A stretch of DNA of 64,000 nucleotides, from positions 581,732 to 645,731 of the forward strand of contig CAWGNK010000003.1 of NCBI GenBank assembly GCA_963823945.1. Direction: 5' to 3'. Below the pieces are notes generated by a model. That model worked only from the letters and a program-made list of their open reading frames with translations. It did no database searches and was not told the DNA's origin. The position numbers were made by a program, and so were the translations under genes. Origin of the DNA: an uncultured Acidimicrobiaceae bacterium. Lineage in GTDB: Bacteria > Actinomycetota > Acidimicrobiia > Acidimicrobiales > Bog-793. Positions 46,582 through 55,412 of the stretch are shown in pieces; within the stretch, counting starts at the first letter, position 1, and each line of letters opens with the position of its first letter.

Positions 46582-47631
46582 ATGGCGAAGAGGGTCGGGA
46601 TCCTGACGGGTGGTGGCGACTGCCCCGGCCTGAATGCGGTCATCCGTGCGGTCGTACGAGCCTCGGACGTCGCCGGTTGGGAATGCCTCGGCGTGCTGGA
46701 GGGCTGGCGCGGGCTCGTCGACGGGCTCTTCCGTGACCTCGGTCCGGCCCACGTCGCCGAGATTCTCCACCGCGGGGGCACGATCATCGGCACGAGCCGC
46801 ACGAACCCCTTCAAGATCGAGGGCGGCGTGGAGAAGCTGCTCGAGAACGCACGCCAGCGCGAGCTGGACGCGCTCATCGCCATTGGCGGCGAGGACACGC
46901 TCGGTGTGGCCGCCAGGCTCTACCGTGAGCACGGGTTTCCGGTCGTCGGCGTGCCGAAGACGATCGACAACGACCTCTCGGGCACCGACTACACCTTCGG
47001 TTTCGACACGGCGGTGAGCACTGCGACCGAAGCGATAGACCGTCTGCGCTCCCCGGCCGAGTCACGCCACCGAGTGATGGTCGTCGAGGTGATGGGCCGC
47101 CACGCCGGTTGGATCGCGCTGATGAGCGGCATTGCGGGCGGCGCCGACCTGGTCCTGATCCCCGAACAGAAGATGACGGTCGAGGCGGTCTGCGAAGACC
47201 TGCGCCGAGGTCACGAACACGGCAGGACCTTCTCGATGGTCGTCGTCAGCGAAGGCTACGAGCTCGCACACGAGAGCGGCGAGAGTCAGCTGGTGGGCCA
47301 GAATGCGCCCGCGACAGACCAGTTCGGCCATGTCCTCCTCGGCGGTGTGGGCGAGGAGCTGGGGCGGGAGATCGAGCAGCGCACGGGGTTCGAGGCGCGA
47401 GTGGTCGTGCTCGGCTTCACCCAGCGTGGAGGCACCCCCACGCCGCGCGACCGTATCCTCGCGACGCGTTTCGGCCTGAAAGCGGCAGAGCTCGTGCACA
47501 AAGGCGTCTTCGGCCAGATGGTGGCGCTGCGCGGCGACGAGATCGCCGTCGTGTCGCTGGACGAGGCGACGGCAGAGCTGAAGACGGTGACACCAGAGTG
47601 GTACGCCGTCGCGCAGGCGTTCTTCGGTTGA
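46582..47631 (+). CDS. pfkA: 6-phosphofructokinase (actinobacterial ATP/PPi clade; phosphoryl donor not decidable by eye)
   Basis: AGGAGG lies 5 nt upstream of ATG 46582. The motifs RVGILTGGGDCPGLNAVIRAVV, IGGEDTLGVA and VGVPKTIDNDL are present. Confidence 0.9.
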   Translation: MAKRVGILTGGGDCPGLNAVIRAVVRASDVAGWECLGVLEGWRGLVDGLFRDLGPAHVAEILHRGGTIIGTSRTNPFKIEGGVEKLLENARQRELDALIAIGGEDTLGVAARLYREHGFPVVGVPKTIDNDLSGTDYTFGFDTAVSTATEAIDRLRSPAESRHRVMVVEVMGRHAGWIALMSGIAGGADLVLIPEQKMTVEAVCEDLRRGHEHGRTFSMVVVSEGYELAHESGESQLVGQNAPATDQFGHVLLGGVGEELGREIEQRTGFEARVVVLGFTQRGGTPTPRDRILATRFGLKAAELVHKGVFGQMVALRGDEIAVVSLDEATAELKTVTPEWYAVAQAFFG

Positions 47632-47984
47632 GGCTGTCGCGCGCGAGGCGCGTTGGCCCGGTGTGACGAGCCGCGCGGCTCTCCGTGCGCTCATGAGGCG
47701 ACAGGACGGAGGTTACGACTGGGCGCCTTTGTCGCGACGCGCCCGTCCGAGGAGGCCATGTCGGCTCTTCGGGTCCCAGCGGGCCGGTTCGCCAGGAGCG
47801 AGCTCGAATTCCCCCGGGCACCCGCAGGGGTGTAAGTAGGCTGCCGTCTCCAGGCGATACGATCCGGGGGGAAAGCCCGCAGGCCGTGCGCGAACCTGGA
47901 TGGTGAGATCCCGGAGCGTTCGTGGCCCGAACCGCCCGCGCCAGCAATCGCTTGGCTGAGCGCGCCGATAGAAGGAGAAACACC

Positions 47985-49040
47985 GTGGGAATCAACATCC
48001 GCGAGGTGCTCGGGGACGAGGCGGCCTTCCTCCTCGACCACGAGTGCAAGACGATCGCGAGCGAGCAGCTCAGCCTGCCCGGCCCGGACTACATCGACCG
48101 GGTCCTCGTCGCCAGCGACCGGCCGATCGCGGTCCTGCGCAACCTGCAGCAGCTCTTCAGCCACGGCCGCCTCGCCGGCTCGGGCTACCTCTCTATCCTC
48201 CCCGTCGACCAGGGCATCGAGCACTCGGGGGCGGCGAGCTTTGCCAAGAACCCGGTCTACTTCGACCCCATGAAGCTCGCCGAGCTTGCCGTTGCTGCCG
48301 AATGCAGCGGCTTTGCCACCACGCTCGGGGTGCTCGGCATGATCTCGAGACGCTACGCGCACAAGATCCCGCTCATCTTGAAGCTCAACCACAGTGAGCT
48401 GCTCACCTATCCCAACCGCGGCGACCAGGTGCCCTTCGCCTCCGTTCGCCAGGCCGTCGATCTCGGGGCGCTTGGCGTGGGGGCCACGATCTACTTCGGT
48501 TCGGAGGAGAGCTCGCGCCAGTTGCGTGAGGTAAGCGAGATGTTTGCCGAGGCGCACCGCTACGGGCTCTTCACGATCCTTTGGTGCTACCTGCGCAACT
48601 CGGCCTTCAAGACCAAGGAGGCCGACTACCACGTGGCGGCCGATCTCACTGGGCAGGCCAACCACCTCGGGGTGACCATCGAGGCCGACATCGTGAAGCA
48701 GAAGCTGCCCGAGAACAACGGCGGCTACACCGCTCTGAACTTCGGTCGCACCGACCCGCTCGTCTACGAGAAGCTGACAAGCGATCACCCGATCGACCTG
48801 ACGAGATGGCAGGTGGTGAACTGCTACGCGGGGCGCGTCGGGCTCATCAACTCCGGCGGGGAGTCAAAAGGCGCCGGCGACCTCGCCCAGGCTGTGCGGA
48901 CAGCGGTCATCAACAAGCGGGCCGGCGGCATGGGCCTCATCGTGGGACGCAAGGCCTTCCAGCGCCCCTTGGCCGAGGGGGTCGGGATCATCCGGGCCAT
49001 CCAGGACGTCTACCTCGACGATTCGGTCAGCATCGCTTAG
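47985..49040 (+). CDS. fbaB: class I fructose-bisphosphate aldolase (FbaB/DhnA type)
   Basis: AAGGAG lies 7 nt upstream of GTG 47985. The motifs [19 protein letters not shown] and [12 protein letters not shown] are typical of the DeoC/FbaB aldolase family. Length is 351 aa. Confidence 0.8.
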   Translation: MGINIREVLGDEAAFLLDHECKTIASEQLSLPGPDYIDRVLVASDRPIAVLRNLQQLFSHGRLAGSGYLSILPVDQGIEHSGAASFAKNPVYFDPMKLAELAVAAECSGFATTLGVLGMISRRYAHKIPLILKLNHSELLTYPNRGDQVPFASVRQAVDLGALGVGATIYFGSEESSRQLREVSEMFAEAHRYGLFTILWCYLRNSAFKTKEADYHVAADLTGQANHLGVTIEADIVKQKLPENNGGYTALNFGRTDPLVYEKLTSDHPIDLTRWQVVNCYAGRVGLINSGGESKGAGDLAQAVRTAVINKRAGGMGLIVGRKAFQRPLAEGVGIIRAIQDVYLDDSVSIA

Positions 49041-49415
49041 CTGCCGGCAGCCGGTGGCGGTCGCCGACGTTGCGGCGAGCCGCTGCCGACCTCCGGCACT
49101 GCCCGGTACGAAGACGCCGAACTGAGTGTTCGGAATCGCTGCCACGCGCGGCTCGTTCGAAATACAACCGCGCCCGTGGCGCCGGTCCTCTCATCGTCAC
49201 AGTCGCCCGGGGGCCCGCCCCGTCATGCCCCACGACTGTCAGAGAAGGGGAACGAGATCCTCGGGCCAAAGGAGCTCTCCTGCCGGAACTGGCCGCGCGC
49301 CCGAGCCGCGTTCGACCGCCCGCCTCCAGACCAGGTCCCGCGGCGGCCCGCCCTCTGGGCAGAGCGACCGGGCTGTGGAAATCGCGCCAGCGATGACGCC
49401 TGCTCGCGCCGCTCG

Positions 49416-50588
49416 CTAAGCGTCCTCGGGGGTGCTCACCTCTCTGGGGGGCGCCTCGGCACCGTAGCGGGCGATGACGTGCACGTCGACGCCCGTCTGG
49501 CCGGCGAAACGCAGCACCCGCTGCACGACGGATGTCCCGCTCATGATCTGCTCCCATCTCGACCGGCTGGCGGCGCCGAGCACGATCAGGGTGATCTGGT
49601 GGTCCTTGGCGAACTGCACCAGGGCGGTGGCGGGGTCGTCCGCGACGATCTCGTGCCAACTCGCGCCGAGGTCCTCGGCCAGGTGCTTGACCGACGCGAG
49701 TTCCTCTTTCGATGCCGATCGCGAGCTGTCGTCAGCGACGACGCGGACGACCTGCAGGTCGGAGTGCACGCGGGCGGCGATGCGTGCCGCGCGCCGCAGC
49801 ACCCTGTCGGTCCCGGTCGAACCCGTCACCGCCACCATGATGCGTTCCGCGGTGTCCCAGACAATGTCCGGATGCTGGGTGACCAGGTACGCCAGCAGCT
49901 CCTCCTCGGTTTCGTCGGCCACGAACCTCAGCGCGAGCTCGCGTAGCGCCGAGATGTTCTGGTGGCGGAAGAAGCTGTTGAGGGCTTGGGGGATCTTCTC
50001 GGGGGGATAGATGTGGCCGTGCAGCATGCGCCGGCGCAGCTGCTCGGGCGACGAGTCGATCAGCTCGATCTGGTCGGCCTTGCGCACGACCCAGTCGGGC
50101 ACGCGCTCACGCACGGCCACGCCGGTGATCGCCTGGACGGCGTCGGCGACGCTTTCGAGGTGCTGGATGTTGACCGTGCTGACGACGCTGATGCCCGCCT
50201 CCAAGATCTCCAGCACGTCCTCCCACCTCTTGGCGTGGGGCCCCGAGCCCGGCACGTTGGTGTGGGCGAGCTCGTCGATGAGCGTCACCTCGGCCCTGCG
50301 GGCAAGTACCGCCTCCAGGTCCATCTCCTCGAAGTGCGTGCCCCGGTACTCCACGGACTTGCGCGGGACGACGGGCACGTCGCGTATCTGTTGGGCGGTG
50401 AGCTGGCGGCCGTGCGTCTCGACGAAGCCGATCACGACGTCGGCACCGCGCTTGTAGCGGCGCCAACCCTCGTCGAGCATCGCCCAGGTCTTTCCGACGC
50501 CGGCCACCGCCCCGAGGTAGACGCGGAACTTGCCGGTCGGCTCGACCAGATCGCTGTCCGCTTCCCTCGGCTCAGAAGTATCGACCAC
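49416..50588 (-). CDS. KdpD N-terminal sensor domain + universal stress protein (Usp) domain, without a histidine kinase
   Basis: The KdpD-N P-loop is FRVYLGAVAGVGKTWAMLDEG, with IDELAHTN and VSTVNIQHLES. The Usp-like C-terminus is ERIMVAVTGSTG...ITLIVLGA. The ORF ends after 390 aa with no TM or HisKA/HATPase region. Confidence 0.85.
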   Translation of the reverse strand: MVDTSEPREADSDLVEPTGKFRVYLGAVAGVGKTWAMLDEGWRRYKRGADVVIGFVETHGRQLTAQQIRDVPVVPRKSVEYRGTHFEEMDLEAVLARRAEVTLIDELAHTNVPGSGPHAKRWEDVLEILEAGISVVSTVNIQHLESVADAVQAITGVAVRERVPDWVVRKADQIELIDSSPEQLRRRMLHGHIYPPEKIPQALNSFFRHQNISALRELALRFVADETEEELLAYLVTQHPDIVWDTAERIMVAVTGSTGTDRVLRRAARIAARVHSDLQVVRVVADDSSRSASKEELASVKHLAEDLGASWHEIVADDPATALVQFAKDHQITLIVLGAASRSRWEQIMSGTSVVQRVLRFAGQTGVDVHVIARYGAEAPPREVSTPEDA

Positions 50589-51031
50589 CGTTCGTCCCTG
50601 TTCCTCGATCCCGTCGCGTCCCGATCCGTGCCGGAGTCGACGCTAGTTCCTTCGCGTAAAGGGCCGTTTGCACCTGGCGAGCAGGTGAAGACGGGGATCA
50701 CGTCCCGTGAGAAGTGTGAATCGGCCGATCCGCTCGGTTGACTCGGCCTCGATGGGCGCCTAATGGGATCGACCACCTCGCCTTGTCGACGAGCGAGGCT
50801 CGTCAAGCGGGCCACCGACGGGGGAGCACCGCGACCGTCAGGGCTCTCGCACGGGTCGCATCGCCCTGGGGCGATCGCTCGTCTGGCACGTGAGCTTTCC
50901 TTGTCACGACCGGCTCGACGGACGCGAAGAAGACCGCCGCGGCACCGCCCTCCGTCTCGGGATGTCCGAGCGGTGGGCGATGCGGCGGCGGTCTTCTAGT
51001 CGGTTCTATCTGGTTCGACTCCGCGACTCGG

Positions 51032-51595
51032 CTAAGCGTGCCGCCGACCGAGGAGGAGACCAAAGCCCGCGCACAGCACGAGCAGGATGCCGGGAATGAT
51101 GAAGAACCAGCTGAGCAGGTTGAAGTTCGGCAGGGCGTCGACCGCCGCGAAGTTCTTCTGCTGGGCGTTCATCGTGTTCACGATCGGCTTGTACCAGGCG
51201 AGTCCCGGCGGGACGTTCTTGAAGATCGGAACCAACTGCGGGAAGTGCGTGAGGATCCCGCTCAGGACCGGGGTCTGGTGCGCGAGGAGTGCGCTCACCT
51301 GGGCGGCAGGGAGGTGCAGCGCCGTGGCGAGTGTCGAGACCAGCGTGGGCACCTCGGGTGCGGCCGCCACGGCCCCGGTGGCGAACGGGCCGAGCGGAGC
51401 GAAGGTTTGCACGTCGTAGTTGACGGTCTTCTGAACGGCGGCAGGTTGCATGATCGGGTGGAAGGCGGCCAGGAGCTTCTGGCCCGCGCTCGCCCTGCTT
51501 GGCATGGAGACCGCCAGCGGCAACACGATCAGCAGGACACCGATGACAAGCACTGGCCAAAAGAACATCTTGGTTTGTTTCGCGTTCATGTTCAC
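51032..51595 (-). CDS. hypothetical membrane protein (TM helix at each end, about 130-aa extracytoplasmic middle)
   Basis: 187-aa ORF with coding-like composition. The N-terminal helix is FFWPVLVIGVLLIVLPLAV and the C-terminal helix is LLSWFFIIPGILLVLCAGFGLLL. No family was recognised. Confidence 0.5.
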   Translation of the reverse strand: MNMNAKQTKMFFWPVLVIGVLLIVLPLAVSMPSRASAGQKLLAAFHPIMQPAAVQKTVNYDVQTFAPLGPFATGAVAAAPEVPTLVSTLATALHLPAAQVSALLAHQTPVLSGILTHFPQLVPIFKNVPPGLAWYKPIVNTMNAQQKNFAAVDALPNFNLLSWFFIIPGILLVLCAGFGLLLGRRHA

Positions 51596-52161
51596 TCCTG
51601 ACTGAGAGCTGATGGGTTGCTGAGCTGGGACACTAGGTCAGGGACGTCGTGAGGCGGTGGTGCATGCGTTGAGCGCAGGGTAGCCGCGTGGCCCTCCCCG
51701 TGACAGAAATTCTGCTGCCAGTGCTGGGAGCGTCGCTGACCCACTGACCTGCAGAGAGTCGATTCTCACGGGCCGAGAGTCGGTGCCCGCGCCTGGGCCG
51801 GGATGCGGGTGGGGTCGATGACGCGGTGCGACCCGCGGTGCCACCCCTGGCGGGGGAACCCGAGGGGCCGGTCGATCCCAACCGGACGGAGGTTGACCCG
51901 GAAGGCTGCCCGCGACCCTTCAGTTCGCGGCACGTTCTCACGTCGGCGGCGCCGGGTAGGTCGCCGTCGTGTGTCGCAAGGTGGCGCCTGCAGCCTCGAG
52001 CGGCCCAGACGCCGTCGTCGCCGGTGTCATGGAGTCCGGTGTCGCTGGTCCCATGACGTGCTCGTTCTGTCGGCTGCCGCCCCAGCGGGGCGGAGACTCG
52101 TGCCACGACGAACGACAAGTAGAGTGCGCCGGTGAGTTTCGTGATGACGCCTGCCTGACCC

Positions 52162-54117
52162 GTGGGACTGCCAGAGGATCACGTCACGTCACGCACCGAA
52201 TCGCATCCCGCCCACGCCTCGCGCGACCCGGGAAAGACCCCGGGGAGACGTGGGTGGCTCTCGCGGAGGTCGCTGGCGTGGGTGCTCGCGGCCATGGTCG
52301 CGTACCTCGCGATCGCCTGCCTCGCCTACTGGCCGGTCGGGCCGCTCAGCGAGACGCAGATCGTCGGGTGCGCCTGCTCCGACCGGATCCAGGAGGTGTG
52401 GTTCCTCGGCTGGACGTTCCACGCGCTGAGCCACGCGGTCAACCCGTTCATGACCTCGGCGATGAACTACCCCTACGGGATCAATCTCGTCGACAACACG
52501 TCGATGCCGTTGCTCGGGGTGCTCGCGTCGCCGATCACCGCGATTTTCGGCCCGATCGCCGCCTTCAACCTCTTCATGCGGCTCGCCTTCTTCGCCTCGG
52601 CGACCTCGATGATGTTCGTCCTGCGGCGCTACACGAAGTGGTTCCCGGCTGCGTTCCTCGGTGGCCTGCTCTACGGGTTCTCGCCCTACGTCGTCAGCCA
52701 GGCGGTCGGCCACCTGTTCGTCGCGTTCGTGCCGATCCCGCCGCTCGTCGTCCTCGTCCTCGACGAGCTCCTCCGGCGGCAGGAGAGGAGCGCGCGCCGG
52801 TACGGGGTGATCCTCGGGCTGTTGCTCGCGGCCCAGTTCTTCATCTCGATCGAGATTCTCGTGACGACGGTGATCTGCGCCGTCGCCGGGATCGTCTTCG
52901 CCGTCGCGGTCTTCCACGCCGCGGTGCGACAACGAATGGCCCACGCGCTGGAGGGTGCCAAGTGGGCCCTCGCCACGCTCGCCGTGCTGGTCGCCTACCC
53001 CCTGTACCTCTACTTCCGCGGTCCGTGGCATGTGATCGGCCCGCAGCACAAGGTGGCGAGCCTGTCCAAGCTGAAAGTCGACCTGTTCGGGACGATCACC
53101 CCGACCGTCAGCCAGTTCCTCGCACCGCATCACATCGCGGCGATCGGCACGAGCTACGTCGACGACGACATCGCCGAGAACGGTTCCTACCTGGGGATCC
53201 CGCTGGTCGTTCTGCTGCCCTATCTGCTCTACCGGATCCGGCGTGACCGGTTCGTCATGACGGTGGCCTTCATGGGACTGGTCGCCTACGTGATTTCGCT
53301 CGGGTCGTCGCTCAACGTCGGCGGTCACACCACCGGCGTCCCGCTGCCGTTTGCGATCATGGCCAAGCTCCCCCTGCTCGACAACCTGATCGCGTCGAGG
53401 TTCTCGCTCTATGTGGCGCTGGCCGCGGCCTTCGTCTTCGCGATCGGCCTGGACCACTGGAGACGGGGCGTCGGGGCCCGCTCCCGGGTCGAACGTGCAC
53501 CGGCCCACCGCCGCGGCAACTGGGCCACGACGGCCTGGCGACGGGTTCCTGCCGCGGGCCTCGTTGCGCTGGTCGGTGCCGGCGTGCTGATCCCCCTCAT
53601 CCCGCAGATGCCGCAACACGAGCAGGCGGCGGACGTTCCGGCCTACTTCACCTCCTCCGCGGTGCGGGCGATCCCCGAGGGGAGCGTCGTCCTGCCGTAT
53701 CCCTACGACATCGGCGCGGTCAACTACGGGATGCTCTGGCAGGCGGTCTCGGGCTTTCGGTTCAAGATCGTCGGCGGCGAGGCGTCCAAGCCGCCGCCGA
53801 CCGCGCCAGGAGCCACCCGGGCCAACCCGGTGCCGCCCGTCGTGGTGCTGAATCTGTTCCAGGCCGGGTACCTGGGGCTGATCTCGAGGCTGGCCCCGAA
53901 CTACGTCCCGATCCGGGAGGCGCAGGTGCGCCAGTACTTCCGGCACTGGCACGTCGGCACGGTCGTCTTCTACCCGGCGGGTGCCGACCCGGCACTCGTG
54001 CTGCGCTACCTGACGTTCGCCTTCGGACGAACGCCGGTGAAGGTCGGGGGAGTCGATGTCTGGTACCACACGGACACGGTCGATGCCTGGCTTCCCGCGG
54101 GGTCCGGCCGTTCGTGA
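52162..54117 (+). CDS. large polytopic membrane protein, possibly a GT-C-fold glycosyltransferase-like protein (family not recognised)
   Basis: 651 aa with at least 10 hydrophobic helices in the first 420 aa, then a soluble C-terminal domain of about 200 aa. The overall layout resembles polyprenyl-phosphate-dependent GT-C enzymes. The functional call is inference only. Confidence 0.6.
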   Translation: MGLPEDHVTSRTESHPAHASRDPGKTPGRRGWLSRRSLAWVLAAMVAYLAIACLAYWPVGPLSETQIVGCACSDRIQEVWFLGWTFHALSHAVNPFMTSAMNYPYGINLVDNTSMPLLGVLASPITAIFGPIAAFNLFMRLAFFASATSMMFVLRRYTKWFPAAFLGGLLYGFSPYVVSQAVGHLFVAFVPIPPLVVLVLDELLRRQERSARRYGVILGLLLAAQFFISIEILVTTVICAVAGIVFAVAVFHAAVRQRMAHALEGAKWALATLAVLVAYPLYLYFRGPWHVIGPQHKVASLSKLKVDLFGTITPTVSQFLAPHHIAAIGTSYVDDDIAENGSYLGIPLVVLLPYLLYRIRRDRFVMTVAFMGLVAYVISLGSSLNVGGHTTGVPLPFAIMAKLPLLDNLIASRFSLYVALAAAFVFAIGLDHWRRGVGARSRVERAPAHRRGNWATTAWRRVPAAGLVALVGAGVLIPLIPQMPQHEQAADVPAYFTSSAVRAIPEGSVVLPYPYDIGAVNYGMLWQAVSGFRFKIVGGEASKPPPTAPGATRANPVPPVVVLNLFQAGYLGLISRLAPNYVPIREAQVRQYFRHWHVGTVVFYPAGADPALVLRYLTFAFGRTPVKVGGVDVWYHTDTVDAWLPAGSGRS

Positions 54118-54317
54118 CGCGGCGCGGGCCCGTCTCGTCCCGTGCCGGCGACCGGGGACTCCGGCAGGCCGACCGTGACGGCCCCGAGGACACCCGCCCC
54201 AGCGTCGAGATGGCCCCGGTGCGCACCGGCCCGCTGGTCGCGTCGCGGGGTTCGTGACGGGGGATCGACGCGCCCGGAGCCGTGTGCGGGACCGCCCCCC
54301 GGGAAGGGAGTGACGCG

Positions 54318-55346
54318 ATGAAGGCCTGTGTCTACCGCCGTTACGGCGGTCCAGAGGTGCTCGAGATCGTCGAGCGTCCGCGGCCCGTCCCCGGCCCGGG
54401 GGAGGTGCTCGTCGCGGTCGCCGTGTCCGGCGTGAACCCGACGGACTGGAAGATGCGTCGCGGAGCGATGCTTCCGCGGGCGCTCCCGTACCCGGAGATG
54501 GTCCCGGCACAGGACGGAGCCGGCGTTGTCGTCGGGGTCGGCGAGGGCGTGGATCCCGCCCGGTCGGGCGAGCGTGTCTGGCTGTGGGAGTGCGCATGGC
54601 GGCGCGCCGGGGGGAGTGCGCAGGAGTTCGTCACGCTCCCCGCCGACCACGCCGTGCCCCTCCCGACGAAGGCGTCGTTCGACCTCGGGGCGGCGCTCGG
54701 CATCCCGGCGCTCACGGCGCACCGTTGCCTCACGGTCGGTGCGGACCCGCCGGGCAGGCTCGGGCCGGGGACGCTGGCCGGCTGCACCGTGCTCGTCGCG
54801 GGCGGAGCCGGCGCCGTCGGCCACGCCGCGATCGAGCTCGCCCGGTGGTCGGGCGCGGCGGTCGTCACGACGGTGAGCTCCGAGGACAAGGCGGTGCTGG
54901 CGCGGGCCGCCGGCGCCGACTTGGTGATCAACTACCGCTCCGAGGATGTCGTGGCCAGGACCAGGGAATTCGCTCCTGAAGGGGTCGGCTGCATCGTCGA
55001 GGTCGACTCGGTCACCAACGCGCGGATCGACCAGGACGTCCTCGCGTCCAACGGCACCGTCGCCGTCTACGCCAGTGACGAGCGGGATCTGTCGATGCCG
55101 GTGCGACCGGTGATGACGCTGAACGCCCGCTACCAGTTCGTCCTCGTCTACACGGTCCCCCCGGCCGCCAAGTCCGCGGCCGTCGAGGACGTCGTCGCCG
55201 CCGTCGCCGACGGGGCGCTCCGGGTGGGCGAGGAGGCCGGTCTCCCGCTCCACCGCTTCCCGCTGGCACGGATCCGTGAGGCGCAGACCGCGGTGGAGGA
55301 GGGCATCACCGGCAAGGTCCTGGTCGACGTCGCCGAACCGTCGTAG
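54318..55346 (+). CDS. NADPH:quinone reductase / zinc-type alcohol dehydrogenase superfamily (MDR) oxidoreductase
   Basis: The N-terminus MKACVYRRYGGPEVLEIVERPRPVPGPGEVLVAVAVSGVNPTDWKMRRG is present. The Rossmann motif is VLVAGGAGAVGHAAIELA. Confidence 0.9.
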   Translation: MKACVYRRYGGPEVLEIVERPRPVPGPGEVLVAVAVSGVNPTDWKMRRGAMLPRALPYPEMVPAQDGAGVVVGVGEGVDPARSGERVWLWECAWRRAGGSAQEFVTLPADHAVPLPTKASFDLGAALGIPALTAHRCLTVGADPPGRLGPGTLAGCTVLVAGGAGAVGHAAIELARWSGAAVVTTVSSEDKAVLARAAGADLVINYRSEDVVARTREFAPEGVGCIVEVDSVTNARIDQDVLASNGTVAVYASDERDLSMPVRPVMTLNARYQFVLVYTVPPAAKSAAVEDVVAAVADGALRVGEEAGLPLHRFPLARIREAQTAVEEGITGKVLVDVAEPS

Positions 55347-55412
55347 ACGGAGCCCTCGCGCGCACCGCATCGCGAGACTCCCGGGCCGGTCCCGCGCAGG
55401 CGCGGCCGCGCC

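Noticed and set aside
50601-50625. Partial resemblance (ttcctcgatcccgtcg) to the tRNA-Glu 3' end (ttcgaatcccgttg), considered as a possible attR for the block that looks lower in G+C.
   Set aside because: It matches only about 12 of 15 positions and needs an indel. It is not at the compositional boundary and no integrase is present. This is within chance expectation for G+C-rich sequence.
50955-51031. tRNA-like fragments. GATGTCCGAGCGGT resembles a type II tRNA D-arm, and GGTTCGACTCC about 50 nt downstream resembles a T-loop. A tRNA-Ser/Sec or its remnant was considered.
   Set aside because: I could not fold an acceptor stem, anticodon stem or T-stem. The best anticodon-stem attempt has a mismatch and a pyrimidine at position 37. 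It is probably chance or an unrecognisable relic.
51780-51940. Possible cobalamin, ZTP or ydaO-type riboswitch in the G+C-rich spacer upstream of the membrane-protein genes.
   Set aside because: None of the hallmark boxes I remember is present (B12 box GCCACTG, the ZTP GGGTCGTGACTGGCG...CCGCCTGGGCA, the ydaO AGCTAACC-type core).
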